From assembly GCA_964016885.1 (NCBI GenBank), contig OZ024743.1, forward strand, positions 335,916,001-335,980,000: a stretch of 64,000 nt of DNA. The letters run 5' to 3'. Position numbers and translations under genes: made by a program. How positions within the stretch are numbered: position 1 is the stretch's first letter; every line of letters begins with the position of its first letter. This DNA is from Eledone cirrhosa. Lineage: Eukaryota. The notes under the pieces are model-generated. The model saw nothing but the letters and a program-made list of their open reading frames with translations, made no database searches and had not been told where the DNA came from. Positions 14,814 to 27,619 of this stretch are shown here, one piece after another.

Positions 14814-16601
14814 TTACCTCTCTGCGTCCAGGGGAGCGGGCCGCTCAATTTCCATGATGGTTGGGGATGGGTTGTTGGGTGGGGTGGTGGTTTGTGGAAG
14901 TGTAGGGGCATGAGTGTGTTGTGGGTTGGGGTGTTTGTAGTTGAGTGGGTGTCTGGGTGGGGGGTGGGGAACTTTTGTAGGAGGACGAGGTTGATTGGCT
15001 TGGAGCAGGGGGGCCCCACGTCCTCCGTGAAATTTATTTTCAATGTTTTATATAAGTTCATTGGGACTTTAATCATTCGTAAATGAGGTAGTCCCACAGC
15101 AGTTAGAAAGTTAGGCCCTTCAGTTTGGACCGAAGGGTTTGCCGAAATTGTGTTCATTGGTTCTTTGTTGTCTGTATTCATGTATGTATATTGTAAAGTT
15201 TTTTTTTGCATAGCAGTTAGTGTTGTGTGACGGGGAGGGGTGGTTTGTATATTGTTTGTTTTCTCTTGGGGAGGGTTAATGTTAATAAGTGTGTCTGTGG
15301 TGCGCCTCCTCTTCTTTCTTTTTACTATTTGGAAGGGATCTTTTTCGTCTTGCGACGAAAGGGGTTCGTCTTCCTTGTTGGGTGGGAGGGGTATATTTTC
15401 TGGTAGTGTTTGCGGTGTGTGTGTTTTTGTATATGTTTTGGGTGGGGAGGGGTTGGGTGGGACAGTATTCTGTGTTGTTTTTTCACGTGTTTGTTGTTGT
15501 TGTTGTTGTGGTGGTGGTGTTGTTGGTTTTTGTTGTTGTTGTTGTGGTTGTTTTTGTTGTTGTTGTTGGGGCGGTGTTGGTGTTGGTTGTTGGGGTGTTG
15601 GTAGCAGTGTTTTTTTTCGGTGTGAGCTGGGGATAGGCAGCCCTCAGGTGACCTCTATTGCCACAGAGGTAACAGGAGGGACGCCTACCCTCCACAATAA
15701 TGTTGAGGTGGGTACGGTCATCCAGCATGACGCGCTCAGGGATTTGGGCGATACGTTCTGGCCTTATTTGGGTCAGAACTTCGATACTCGTTCCACTGAA
15801 CGCGTCGCCGGATGCCTTCCCTATTGATATAAGGTTGTCCTCGTCTAAATTGAGGAAACCGGTTAGTAACCACCAGTAGTTTATGTTTGGGGTGATGATG
15901 GTTATCCATATTCTTTGGGGTTTTTTACCCATGTAGGTGGGGAAGAAGGTGTAGTGTGTGGAACGAATTGGCGACACAGAGTATTTTTTCGCCGCCAATT
16001 CGTCTTTCATCAATATGGATAAACTCCCATAGAGTTTATCCTTTTGTATGAAAATAATGTCTTTCATAGCTTCTTTCAGTACTAACTGAATTTCAGCTTG
16101 AGATGGTTGTGCTGGTTTTTTTGTTTTGTTTGAAATTGTACGGAATACGACAGTTCGTAATTCCGTCTGTTTTTTTAGTTCTGGAGGCGAATTTATAGAA
16201 AAAGAACCCTTTTCGCCAAAAGATACATATTTTTTGGCTTTTTCAAGCATTTCTTTGGCATTTGAAATATCCTCAAGCACATATGTAACTGATATTTTAG
16301 CCGTTTGTGTAAAAGATATTTTGTTTTCATTGTTGGTGTTTGAATTGTTTTGTTTCTCGTAATTTGAATTGTTTTCTTTTTTGTTGTTGTTGTCTTTCTC
16401 GTTTGGTGTGTTGGTTTTGTCATTGTTTGTGTTGTAATAAATTGGGTTTGCACCCGTATTTAATTGTTTGTCTGGCATATCGCCTTTTACCAAGTCTTTT
16501 CCAACGTTGGCGCGAGAAAGCAAAACGCTTTGTACCGCTTGCTTCTTTCTCTCTTCTTCCTTCGTGAGCGTGGCTTTATCGTCAACACGTGCTGCAGACA
16601 T
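14777..16601 (-). pseudogene. ORF1 (gag-like, zinc knuckle) of Tx1 copy C
   Basis: 372-aa ORF with VEGRRPSCYLCGNRGHLRAAY (CCHC with last Cys lost), a Thr-rich linker, and a frameshifted C-terminal part (14777-15211) conserved in copies A and B. Confidence 0.8.
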
Positions 16602-16814
16602 GGCGTCAATTATTTACCATGTGAGTCAGCAAAAATTTTTGGAGTAGTTTTTACCCCCAAACGGGGTAAAAATACGATGACCACCCGTCTACAGACCTAG
16701 CCGGGTGGTTAAAAGGCACGAAGACAACACAATAAAGATACAAACACTTACTGTCAATGGGTAGAATTTCAAAAAGGCAGGAGCCGATGTTATACACGTC
16801 TATACTATACGACA

Positions 16815-16836
16815 TAGATAGATAGATAGATAGATT

Positions 16837-16914
<78 letters not shown>

Positions 16915-16958
16915 GAGACAGACACAGAGAAACTGACAAACAAATTATATAAATATAT

Positions 16959-17014
<56 letters not shown>

Positions 17015-17035
17015 GGAGAGAGAGAGAAAGAGAGA
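16815..17035. repeat. (GATA)n followed by (GA)n microsatellite
   Basis: Read directly; abuts the 5' end of Tx1 copy C. Confidence 0.95.
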
Positions 17036-17439
17036 GAATCAATGGTAAGGACAGTTGATTATAACTGATCAACTGTCCTTACCATTGATTCTCTTATATA
17101 GCTCTAGCAGGAGGTAGGGAACATAATCACTGTTGAACCTCAATTCACGGCCAGCGGATATATACCTTTAGTTGAGCAGATTAGGCAGTTTTTTCACTAT
17201 TCATGGGTTTTCCTATTTGAGCGAGGTTGCTCTTGATTATACACATGTACTACCACTGTGAAACCTTACTTTGTTTTTACTATATATAGACTCTGGCATA
17301 ACAAAGAGTGCTGATGTTGGTACCTTCCTCAGTAAACCCACCACTCACACACATACACACACATACACACACATACACACACATACATACATACATACAT
17401 ACATACATACATACATACATACATACATACATACATACA

Positions 17440-17645
17440 TGGTGGCTGCCAATTAGTTTTCGAGTACGGCCACTACTTTATATCCATGTAGAAGAAGCCC
17501 TACCGATGTGCTGAACGAGTGTGACTCTTTTTTGTCCAGCCAGCGACTTGAAAACTCTGGTACAAACACTACACTTGTGACAATTATTGACACATAGTGC
17601 TGGGCCCATGGTACCATGTGACGACAATATTAGAGAAATCTCCAT
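17440..17645 (-). mobile_element. 3' fragment of an RTE-related element, same family as 50610-51225
   Basis: Reverse complement matches about 51020-51222; encodes the C2H2-like CSVCTRVFKSLAG seen at RTE ORF ends. Confidence 0.6.
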
Positions 17646-17710
17646 TGGATACATACATACATACATACATACATACATACATACATACATACATACATAC
17701 ATACATACAT

Positions 17711-18156
17711 ACAACTGCCACCAAATTAAAGCACAACCGGCCTGATATTGTAGTTTGGGACCACACATTGAAAACGTGTTCTGTTGTGGAGATCAGCTGC
17801 CCACTTGATGTAAACGTTCTCAGAAAAATACAGGAGAAGGAGGACATCTACGGACCATTGATGAGGAGTTTACAAATCCAGTATCCAAGATACACCTTTA
17901 GCTTCATACCCATCATTATTGGTGCTACGGGTTATATACCAACCCGCTTGGACCAAAGTATGACCGAACTTGGATTTGCGGACAAAAAGCGCAGCTCCCT
18001 AATTCATAGTCTACAAATGGCTACGATAGCTGGCACCTTCAAAATTTGCAAAACATTCTTGCGATTCAAGGGATGACAATTTCTTTTCTTTTACAACCTT
18101 GCCACCAGGAAGGTGGCCGGTCAAAAAATAAACTCGAAATTAAGAGAAAGAGAAAA
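17711..18156 (+). mobile_element. 5'-truncated R4/Dong-like LINE (restriction-like endonuclease end) in (CATA)n
   Basis: HNRPDIVVWD..VVEISCP..KEDIY..PIIIGATG is a PD-(D/E)xK REL domain; (CATA)n on both sides. Confidence 0.85.
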
Positions 18157-18178
18157 CATACATACATACATACATACA

Positions 18179-18210
<32 letters not shown>

Positions 18211-18539
18211 AAAGCGAGATGTTTGTTGGCTGGTTGGTTCCTTCGCCCATCAAACAAAAAGGAAAAGGGACAATCGAAAATAAGTGCAGAAATGGAATAA
18301 GAGTATTTATATCCAGGAAGGTTTATTGATACTAGTGTTATTGCTAGCCAACCAGATTGCTATCTGTAGCTGGTGGGGAGACAAACTTAAGGGATTCTCT
18401 CTCCATTGTCAGCGATGATCGTGTTTCACGTCGAGCATTTATATGGAATCAAACCTTGGTCGATACACACACACATACGCAAACATACACATACAATTTT
18501 ATATATAATATAAATAATATAAAAGATTCGAACTTCCAT

Positions 18540-19032
18540 CATTTTGAGAAACCTGGATCAGCCACGCCTATGCAATGGCACACACTTAACAGTCAGGTGG
18601 ATTATGAACAATCTAGAAGTCACTATTCCCAAGATTCCTCTCATCCCTTTTTCTACCGAGCTGCCGTTCAAATTCTCAAGACTTCAGTTCCCTGTAAGGG
18701 CCAGTTATGCCAGGATCATAAATAAATCTTAGGGTCAGATTTTCAAAGTTGTAGGATTGAATATGAGAGAATCGGTTTTTAACCACGGACAGTTATAAAT
18801 AAAATGGTCACGAGTGGGAGCACCAAGAAATCTTCATAAACTATGCACGAACGTTAAATCGAAGAATCTGGTGTATCTGGAAGATTTTTGATGTTTTTTT
18901 TCTTTTTGTCACGGACCCGCACCACAGTCCCGCCGGCTACTGTAATCCAAACAAAGCATCCAATACAGACGTTTTCTCTTCTCTCGGTCTTTTCTTATCT
19001 GTTTACCCGGGCGAAGCTAGGTACCTCAGCTT
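18540..19032 (+). mobile_element. Helitron 3' remnant (PIF1-like helicase C-terminus)
   Basis: Translates as LRNLDQPRLCNGT..IPKIPL..LPFKFSRLQFPVRASYA..INKS*GQ..VFNHGQL; ends in an imperfect hairpin cccgggcgaagctagg followed by CTTG. Confidence 0.82.
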
Positions 19033-19033
19033 G

Positions 19034-19066
<33 letters not shown>

Positions 19067-19069
19067 TAT

Positions 19070-19134
<65 letters not shown>

Positions 19135-19139
19135 ATTTA

Positions 19140-19523
<384 letters not shown>

Positions 19524-20179
19524 TGTGTGTGTGTGCGTGCGCGCGCGTGTGTGTGTAGAAAAGAGTTTTCCACCTTAAAGTATGTACTTTTTCATAAATA
19601 GTATATGAGTATGTATTTATGTGTATAGATGTATAATGTTTATTATAGGCTCTATCTCTCTTCGTGGGTATGCTTATAACTGATTGTCTATGCATATCTT
19701 TTCACACGTGTTTTATTTATTAACATATTGAGGAAAATATTGGAAACAAATGATATTTTTCCTGATTTTTTAATGTTTATAACACAGGATGGCATAGATA
19801 GAGATAAATAATTTCAAAAAATCTCATCTGTATATCACACAATCTCATAAAATATTGTCCAATGTTTAAGTGGTTACAGGAGTTATTAAAACTTGCATAC
19901 GTTGCAAGTTGTTTTATAGTTTTATTTTCATTTCTATTTTTATATATTTTATGATGAATGACGTTAGTGCATTCATTAGACACACACACACAAAAAATGA
20001 CTGTTTGGTTGTTGTTGTTGTTGTTTGTTATGCTTTCTTCTGAATGTTGTCCATTAAACCATTCGATAGTTTCCCTTGTTATAAACAGTTGACAATATTG
20101 TCCTCAGTTTGACGACCCAAGAGAAAAGAGGCTTTAATGAAGCTGTGAGGTCATCAAAATATGATATCACACGTCTGAA

Positions 20180-20560
20180 TATCATCCACCTTCAACTAAT
20201 TTACACCCGCCACCTCTGGATCCCGACCGACAGGGTGGAGAACACATTGTCCCGGAGAACGACGAGGAAGATGCACTGGAACAGCCAATCTATCTCGCGG
20301 GGCTCGTGCTTGTGGGTGGCCAACTTCGCTTCGATAACTATTGAGTAAGAATGTGGTCCGGGTCTCCACGGTTACAGGCTCTACCACAAACCTATCAGAG
20401 AGCGGCCGATATTGGACAGTTTGCCTGGGCTGGTAGCCGAGCATACCAGGTTTCCACTTAAGTAAGTGTCACAGCATGTGGCATTCCAGACGAGGGGACT
20501 ACCCCCACGGAACAGGACGATTGTGATACCTTCTGGCTTGTGGTCGTCCTTTTCCTCCTG
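20180..20560 (-). mobile_element. CRE-clade-like non-LTR 3' fragment
   Basis: DHKPEGITIVLF..GSPLVWNATCCDT resembles the RPDGxT..LxWDxTxxDT REL motif of CRE-type elements. Confidence 0.6.
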
Positions 20561-20589
20561 CTCTGCTGGCTTGAGCTGGGAATGGAAGC

Positions 20590-20705
20590 CTGCGTAAGGA
20601 TGAAAGGCAAAGTTAACATCGGCGGGATTTGAACTCAGTCCGTAAAGGGACATAACTGTGCTGCAAAGCATGGCGTCCGACTCTCTACCGATACTGCCAA
20701 TCCAA
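20590..20705 (-). mobile_element. tRNA-derived SINE, partial
   Basis: Reverse complement of the family consensus seen at 32468-32655. Confidence 0.8.
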
Positions 20706-21229
20706 AATTAATGAAAACAAATAGATAGGGATTCGTTGAGGTGAATTTAGCGGCTATTTTGAAAGAGAGTTATTACGTTACGGGTACACGTGTCTGTCTA
20801 GGGAATGCTTAATAGCTTCTTACACGTTAATTTCATGAGCAGGTTGTTCCGTTGATCGAACAACTGGGACACTTTTCGTCGCAACTAATGGACGTCCTAT
20901 TCATTCCATATATATATATATATATATTAGGATTGGTGCTCTGCAATAGCGATGTATGTATAGTATATTTGGCAATATACCGTAAGTTTAATTAAACGCC
21001 GAAAAGAAGTAAGTGACATAGTCACTACTTTAAAACCAGTAGCGTATGGTCTTCTAAATGTTTTTATTTAAACATACGGTATATTTCATTCAGAAAAAGT
21101 TCTAGTCATGTAAAATCATTTGTATATAAATTATAGATGTCTATACTATACTAACGTATTGAATATCATTCTTTATTGTGGTCACCTTCGGATACCCTCT
21201 TGTAATCCACCTACTATATATACTACCTT

Positions 21230-21838
21230 ATGAAGAAAACTTTTCAGTACTCCACCAACATGCCAGCATGGAAGATAGGGGATCACTAGAGAACATCAAG
21301 ATAAAGATTATATCCACACACAGAACAGACGTAATGCCCCGGCAGGTTATTGAAACGACAAACAACAGAAATCCGGCCACAACTACAGAGAAAACTCGAA
21401 TGGAATAGCAAACCTCACACCATAGCAACTAATAACAATATAAAGAGGTACAGAGACACACAAGAACTTAACTAATAAAATAAACCAGACACACATAGAC
21501 AGAACAAGAAACCAACTAGTGACAAGTAGAAAAGAGAGGAAATATATAAATGCACGTATAAATAAATATGTAAACAAATAAATACATAAATAAATAAATA
21601 AACATAAACACAAAATACCAACAAAAGAAGTCACTGAGAATGTCACAGAATGTGTGACGAAAGAGCTTGGATGACAATAAACAACTAAACAACCATCCGG
21701 TTATTAAACTAAACGACTGGGACATTATAATAATAAATTCAAGTGAAATCCAACAAGCGCGTTTCTTTATTGGCAGTATGGCCCACCCAATGTATAACAA
21801 TGTGTGTTTTAACACAAGTTTTCAAATAAAAAATCTTG
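21230..21838 (+). mobile_element. Penelope-like element 3' fragment (GIY-YIG tail plus pLTR)
   Basis: SVLHQHA..LENIKIKIISTH aligns by eye with the GIY-YIG ORF at 36266; tail homologous to 51922-52140; ends at (TA)n. Confidence 0.7.
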
Positions 21839-21854
21839 TATATATATATATATA

Positions 21855-22515
21855 TAGAATAGCTTACACCGTATTTTTTTTATTAAAGAAATTTTAGTCT
21901 GATAATGGGGTTTAGAACCCTCTGAGGGTTCTAAACCCCATTATCAGACTAAAATTTATTTCGTAAAAAAATGTGGTGAAAGCTATTCTATTTTCTAATT
22001 TCAAACCTGCTCACTGTTTCAAAACATATTTACACAACTAATCACATTCTTTCTAACCTGACCGCTGCTACGTCACGATTCTTAGCCATTTTTTAATGTA
22101 TTCTTGGCACGATCACTTTGGAAAATTAATTGTCTAAATTTGAGCTAACTCCTGAAGAGTCGGGTGCTCCAGATGTCCAATGTTATCGGATATCTTAAAA
22201 TGCGGACGAAACCATGGTAGAGGTAACTAAATATGTTCACTTTTCTCCTAATTTATTTTACACCTAATTCTGTTTAGTTGACTGTATATCTGGTCGATTT
22301 ATACACGCTGTCGAAATACTCGATAAATACTCCGTCACAACCGCCGCGAAGGGCTGCTTTCGGTTATTTGTCGGAGATTTCTTCATAGAAGCCTTTATTC
22401 TTATAGCTTGGTCTAATCGATTTTTTATATGGTTAATATGGTTATATGGTTAATTATGCTAATTGGGAGGGGAAACGGTATATATTTTATCTGGTGATTC
22501 TATAGACATGTTTTA

Positions 22516-22518
<3 letters not shown>
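21855..22518 (+). mobile_element. Hammerhead-bearing Penelope-like fragment with 5' fold-back, in (TA)n
   Basis: Inverted arms of about 70 bp centred near 21923, hammerhead at 22148-22223, (TA)n on both sides. Confidence 0.65.
22148..22223 (+). ncRNA. Type I hammerhead ribozyme
   Basis: ctc-CTGAAGA-gtc..(long stem II)..gac-GAAA-ccatgg-TA-gag; palindromic stem III ACCATGGT; GUA cleavage triplet. Confidence 0.82.
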
Positions 22519-22595
<77 letters not shown>

Positions 22596-22705
22596 TGGTA
22601 GCTAAGATGCTTCCATAGGAGGTATGTCGGTTGAGCACTCTATGTTCTTACAGAGCATATATATATATATATGTATACATATCTCTATATATATGTATGT
22701 ATACA

Positions 22706-23338
22706 TGTTTACAAACAAACCGAACATTATAATAAATGTTCGGTAAACCCATACGTACATATATATATGTATGCGTGTATGTATATATATGCATACTACT
22801 GTATGTCTGTATAAATATATGTATGTATGTGTACATACATACTTACACTTAAGTACCAGCCGTACTAAGAGTGAGAAATGAAATTTCGTTTCATTCTTTT
22901 CCATTTATCGTTTTCGGTGCGCTCGGCCGACTAACTCACTCGATATGCAAATTAGGCTGCTCAGCCATTAATATGCATAAGGAAAGTATATACTTTCAGA
23001 CGTTTAACCATCTGACAGAAAGGTATACGATGCTGGCGATAGCTAATAAGCTTGAAACTAGTACATCGTTCCTGTGTTAGTGTTGAACAAAAAGGCGACG
23101 ATGGTTGCCTGAACACTGTACGGTGTAATTCGGGCTGTTTGTTTACAAACAAACCGAACATTATAATAAATGTTCGGTAAACCCATACGTACATATATAT
23201 ATGTATGCATGTATGTATATATATATATACATACTACTGTACGTCTGTATACATATATATATGTACGTGTACATACATACTTAAACTTAAGTATCAGCCG
23301 TACTAAGAGTGAGAAATGAAATTTCGTTTCATTCTTTT

Positions 23339-23342
<4 letters not shown>
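22706..23342 (+). mobile_element. About 1.45 tandem copies of a ~435-bp hammerhead-containing unit (retrozyme-like)
   Basis: 22706-22902 is repeated at 23140-23340; the hammerhead lies between; a related copy is at 37335-37825. Confidence 0.72.
23027..23069 (+). ncRNA. Minimal type I hammerhead ribozyme with one core substitution
   Basis: acgatg-CTGGCGA-t-agct-aata-agct-t-GAAA-ctag-TA-catcgt; 6-bp stem I; palindromic ACTAGT. Confidence 0.8.
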
Positions 23343-23387
<45 letters not shown>

Positions 23388-23548
23388 TGGTAACACAACA
23401 GTTAGTTCACCATACCGAGAACAATTGTTCTCGGTATGGTGAACTAACTGTTGTGTAACCACTTCTACCTAACTAGTCCCATCGACTGAGTGCTCTACCA
23501 TAACGGATATTACCTTCCAGTGATCTACCTCCCCCTCTCTCCCTTTAT
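23388..23548 (+). mobile_element. Short fold-back insertion in (TA)n
   Basis: Near-perfect palindrome of about 37-bp arms centred on gaacaattgttc, then a unique tail ending at tatata. Confidence 0.6.
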
Positions 23549-23727
23549 ATATATACACAGATAAAAGCACCAATTAATGGTAGGGTCCAAGCCGTATGAA
23601 GATATCGTATGTAGAAGATGTCGTGAAGCAAAGTTTAAAATTCAAAATTTCAACGATATAATTCATTGGAAGCAGAGTCAATATAATACAAATAGTGAAA
23701 ACAATGAAATTAAACAAAATTCATGGT

Positions 23728-23876
23728 AAAACTCATTATTTTACGATCGTTTCTGGGGGGTAGTACTCCGTGTGTTCATTCCATTAGTGATCTATGTAAA
23801 ATATATTACAAATTATCAAAGTAAGAAAATATACATACGTCTTCCCTACCCGCTGTCTTCAGAAATAATGAGTTTT
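23728..23876 (-). ncRNA. Type I hammerhead ribozyme with 14-bp stem I and ~100-nt stem II insert
   Basis: aaaactcattattt-CTGAAGA-cagcgggtag..ctacccccca-GAAA-cgatcg-TA-aaataatgagtttt. Confidence 0.8.
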
Positions 23877-24484
23877 GTTTATTGAAGAATATAAAAACAT
23901 GTATGAATAAGTAACCTTTTAAGAACAAGGTTGAGATTGACCAATAGTAAAAATAGGAAGGGGAAATATAGATAATTAAGCTGGTAGTAGTAGATGAATA
24001 AATTAGCAGTCAGGGGATGAGGTATCGAATGACCTTCAAGAAAAGAAAGTTGCGAGCGTAAAGGAATTTAGACAAATTGTATAGAAATTTCAGAAAAGTG
24101 TGGACACTCAAGGAAGTTTAAAGTTGGAGGAAAAGGGGTGCAGATATCAGTGTGTTATATCCAGTAGAATAGTATAGAACAATCCTAAATATTTGTTATT
24201 TCTTTGTTCAGGAGGAATAATTTATTCTAAAAATAGAATAAGTAGAGGAATATAGCAGGAAGAAAAGAAAAGTAAAATTTAGATTTAAAAAATATATATA
24301 TAGGTAAGAAAATAATAAAATTTATGTAAGTATTGTATTGTGTTAGAGTGGTCAGAATGAAGTTCTACCTGTAGGGAATTTTATTTTCGAATAAGAAATC
24401 TCATTAATAATCTGGTTTTCTTAATAGGTTTAAATGCATGTCTGTTAAAGTTTTGTTAGAGTGTTGAATATTAGTATTATATAT

Positions 24485-24703
24485 TGGTTTCTAATATAGG
24501 CACAAGGCCAGTAATTTTGGGGGAGGGAGGAAGTCAATTAAATCGACCCCAGTTTATGATTGGTACTTTATTTTATCGACCCCGTGAGGATGAAAGGCAA
24601 AGTCAACCTCGACTGGATTTGAACTTAGATCATAAAGGGCCGTAACTCTATACTGCAAAGCATGGTGTCCGACGCTCTACCGATACTGCCAATCGACCGC
24701 CCT
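24485..24703 (-). mobile_element. tRNA-derived SINE, full length with target-site duplication
   Basis: Family consensus on the minus strand; agagtgttgaatat repeated at about 24458 and 24705. Confidence 0.85.
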
Positions 24704-24814
24704 AAGAGTGTTGAATATAATGTAATATATAGTGCTCATTAATAGTTAATTATTTAAAACAGTTATAGGGATGAAATATAGGATTGAATCTATGGAGTAA
24801 TTCTAATAGCAAAA

Positions 24815-24868
<54 letters not shown>

Positions 24869-25570
24869 TTTTTTTATCTTTTAGATTTTTTTCTTTATTT
24901 GTTTAGTTGTATTTATAATACTTGAATGTCTTTCTAATTGTATGGTTACATGCGATAATTCATTCTTGTCTTTTATTTAATAGCATGTCTTTCTAGGTTG
25001 TCTTCGTTGATTTTTTTTTAAAACCAGAATTAGTAGTTTAGTTTACATATTGATACCTCAACCCATCCTATTTATTTTATAACGTTTGGGATTTCGAGTA
25101 ATGTAGTTTCTTTTATTGTGTCTAATGTTTTTTTAATGTCTAAAGAAAATTAATTGGCGCAGGAATGCTACCACTGAAAATAAAATGTCGCCGAAGATAG
25201 ATTAGCGAAATTTTATAAGCGGTGGTTGTGTAGATTAAGAGAGGTTCGGCTGGAAATAATCTGAAAAATTATTAAGCTGGAGTAGGGATTGATTATCATT
25301 GTGTAACATATATTTTGTTCCCCGGTTCTAAGTGTCATTTTCTGGTTTGTTATATCCCATTATTATTAAAAAAAACATTATTATTTAATCAGAAGTTTGG
25401 GTTTGTGGTCAGGAGTTCGATATTCCGAAATTTTCATATTTTTCAAGAAAAAACACATTTTTGTCAGTTCATATAATTAAATCAATAGAGTATATATTTA
25501 TTTTATTACACAAGCTTATCAAAAGCAAACAAGTAAAAACAAATAAGACTTATAAAGCAACTTATACACG

Positions 25571-26660
25571 TCAGAAATGACTGGATTTCCTGGATTTGTG
25601 GTTGTAGTCCAGGTCACATTCCCGCACTAGCCCCCAGATATAGTCCCCCATCATTTTTTCATTGTAGTGACCCTGGTACCTCCGCTCTATTTCTTTCACA
25701 TCTTGGTGGAACCCTTCGCCTTGTTCTTCTGAGTAGGCGCCCATATTGTCCTTGAAATTTTCCAGGTGAGCGTCCAGCATATGGAGTTTAAGCGACATCC
25801 GGCATCCCAAGGCGCCAAAAGCCTTTATCAGATCCTGCACCAGTTTCTGGTAGTTTTCAGCTCTGTAGTTGCCCAGGAAGCCCTTAACAAACTGCCTCGA
25901 AACAGTTCAATGTTGTTCTCTCAATCCTATTGAGCTTATTGGAGAACTCGGTATACTCAAACACCTTCTTTATCTGAGGTCCAACAAAAATTCCACCTCT
26001 GATTTTGACCCCAGATAACTTGGGGAAGAACTCAAGAAGGTACTTAAAAGCGGCTGATTCTTGGTTGAGAGCCTTCACAAACTGCTTCATCAACTCCAAC
26101 TTAATGTGCAGTGGCGGCATGAGCACAATCCTGGGATCAACCAGTGGCTCCCACATGACGTTCCGAGTCCCAACTATAAATTCTGTTTGCTGCTCCCAGT
26201 TCTTTCTTTTGTAGTGGTCAGAGGTGGCTCTGCTGTCCCAAAGGCAGAGGAAGCATTGGAATTTGATAAAGTCTCTTCGAAGTCCAAGCAGGAAAGCCAC
26301 CATCTTGAAGTCTCCAATGATTTCCCAATTGTACTGGTTGTATTGCACAGCTTCCAAGAGGACTTTCAGACTGTAGTAATCTTCCTTCAGGCAGACTGAA
26401 TGAGCTAGGGGCAGTGTCGGGAACTTGTTTCCATTGTGCAGGAGGACAGCCTTCAAACTTGTGGTGGAGCTGTCTATAAATAGCCGCCACTCATTGGGCA
26501 CAAACGTCCTATAACGTCAAACAGTCCAGGCGCGTCATGGCAGAAGCAGAGGCCATCCCTAAGAGTGTTAGAGCCTGAGAAAGGTTCGTGTCGACTTCTC
26601 TGACTTGTTACCTGCACTTCCTCCTTGACCAAGTTCCACTGCTTCATCCTGGACAGGAAT
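25571..26660 (-). pseudogene. DNA transposase remnant, Chapaev3/CMC-like
   Basis: WRLFIDSS..SLKAVLLHNGN, PPLHIKL.LMKQFVKAL, MSLKLH.L..H, SEEQGE.FHQD; frameshift near 25880. Family assignment is from motif recall. Confidence 0.75.
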
Positions 26661-27439
26661 GCTTAAAACACAACTTACCCTTTATTCAGGGTGCGAAAAT
26701 CCAGTATCAATAAATCTCTTTAACCCACTTTTTAACAATTTTATACTTTATTGTACTTTTATCATTTTCTTTAGATATTACTCTTTATTTTATAATTTTA
26801 ATATAACCTGCAACATATTTTAAAAAATCATTTAACATAAGCAAATTAAACTTACATACAACGTAAAATCCAGCATACAAATAATTCTAGTGAATAGCTT
26901 AGAATTCCTACAAACCCAAACGTTTAAGTGTTTAATAGCACTTTTTTTTTTTTATTTGGGACCTAAGCAACACAGAAAAGTGATTACAAGCTAGGAACAG
27001 AGAACTTTTTTTTGTTTCACGGTGGAGATCCGAGGCTAGATGTGGTTCTGTTATAATTAAGATTATTTTGATTATTAGTATTATCAAGGTTGTCTATTGT
27101 ACGGATATGTTTCCTGATTTTCATATAACTGTTAGAAGCAAGGTTGTCTGCTAGATTATGATTAGTAAAGAAAGATAGCTTAATTGTAGTTTTATTTTAA
27201 AGTCTATGGAACTTACTGTTAAATCGAATTTTTTTTTCTTTTCGAATATATTCAAAATAATTTCGGTATATTTGATGCTAGCTGTCTATCGTATTGTGAA
27301 TAAAATGAGGTGGCACAACGGCAGGAGTTCATTTTCTTAATTACTGGTTGAATACTTATATTACAGGAAATGTTCAACGATGGATTGATTTTACTTCTAA
27401 CCGATTTATTGATTTTAAATTAACGAGCATTCGGTAATG

Positions 27440-27590
27440 AGAAGAAGGGAGGTAGGTGTAAAAGCTAGACTCTATTTTCAATTCGTGCCAACCCTTACAT
27501 ATGGTCATGAATGTTGGGTAATGACCGCAAGAATACGATAGCGAATGCCTACCACACATGTTGTCTCACCTAGCATTGGAGGGATAAAGC
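27440..27590 (+). mobile_element. RTE/Expander-like LINE fragment
   Basis: Translates PTLTYGHECWVMTARIR, a post-RT motif of RTE-clade elements. Confidence 0.5.
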
Positions 27591-27619
27591 TGTATACAGT
27601 TCGCTTTTTATGTTATTTT

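Larger units (their letters stand above)
11129..16812 (-). mobile_element. Tx1/L1-clade non-LTR retrotransposon copy C, the best-preserved copy
   Basis: ORF1 15483-16601, ORF2 12903-14813 continuing in frameshifted pieces to 11363, 3' UTR ending AATAAAAAGAAACATA next to (TATC)n. Confidence 0.94.

Noticed and set aside
25571-26501. Host gene
   Set aside because: Frameshifted, truncated transposase-type sequence.
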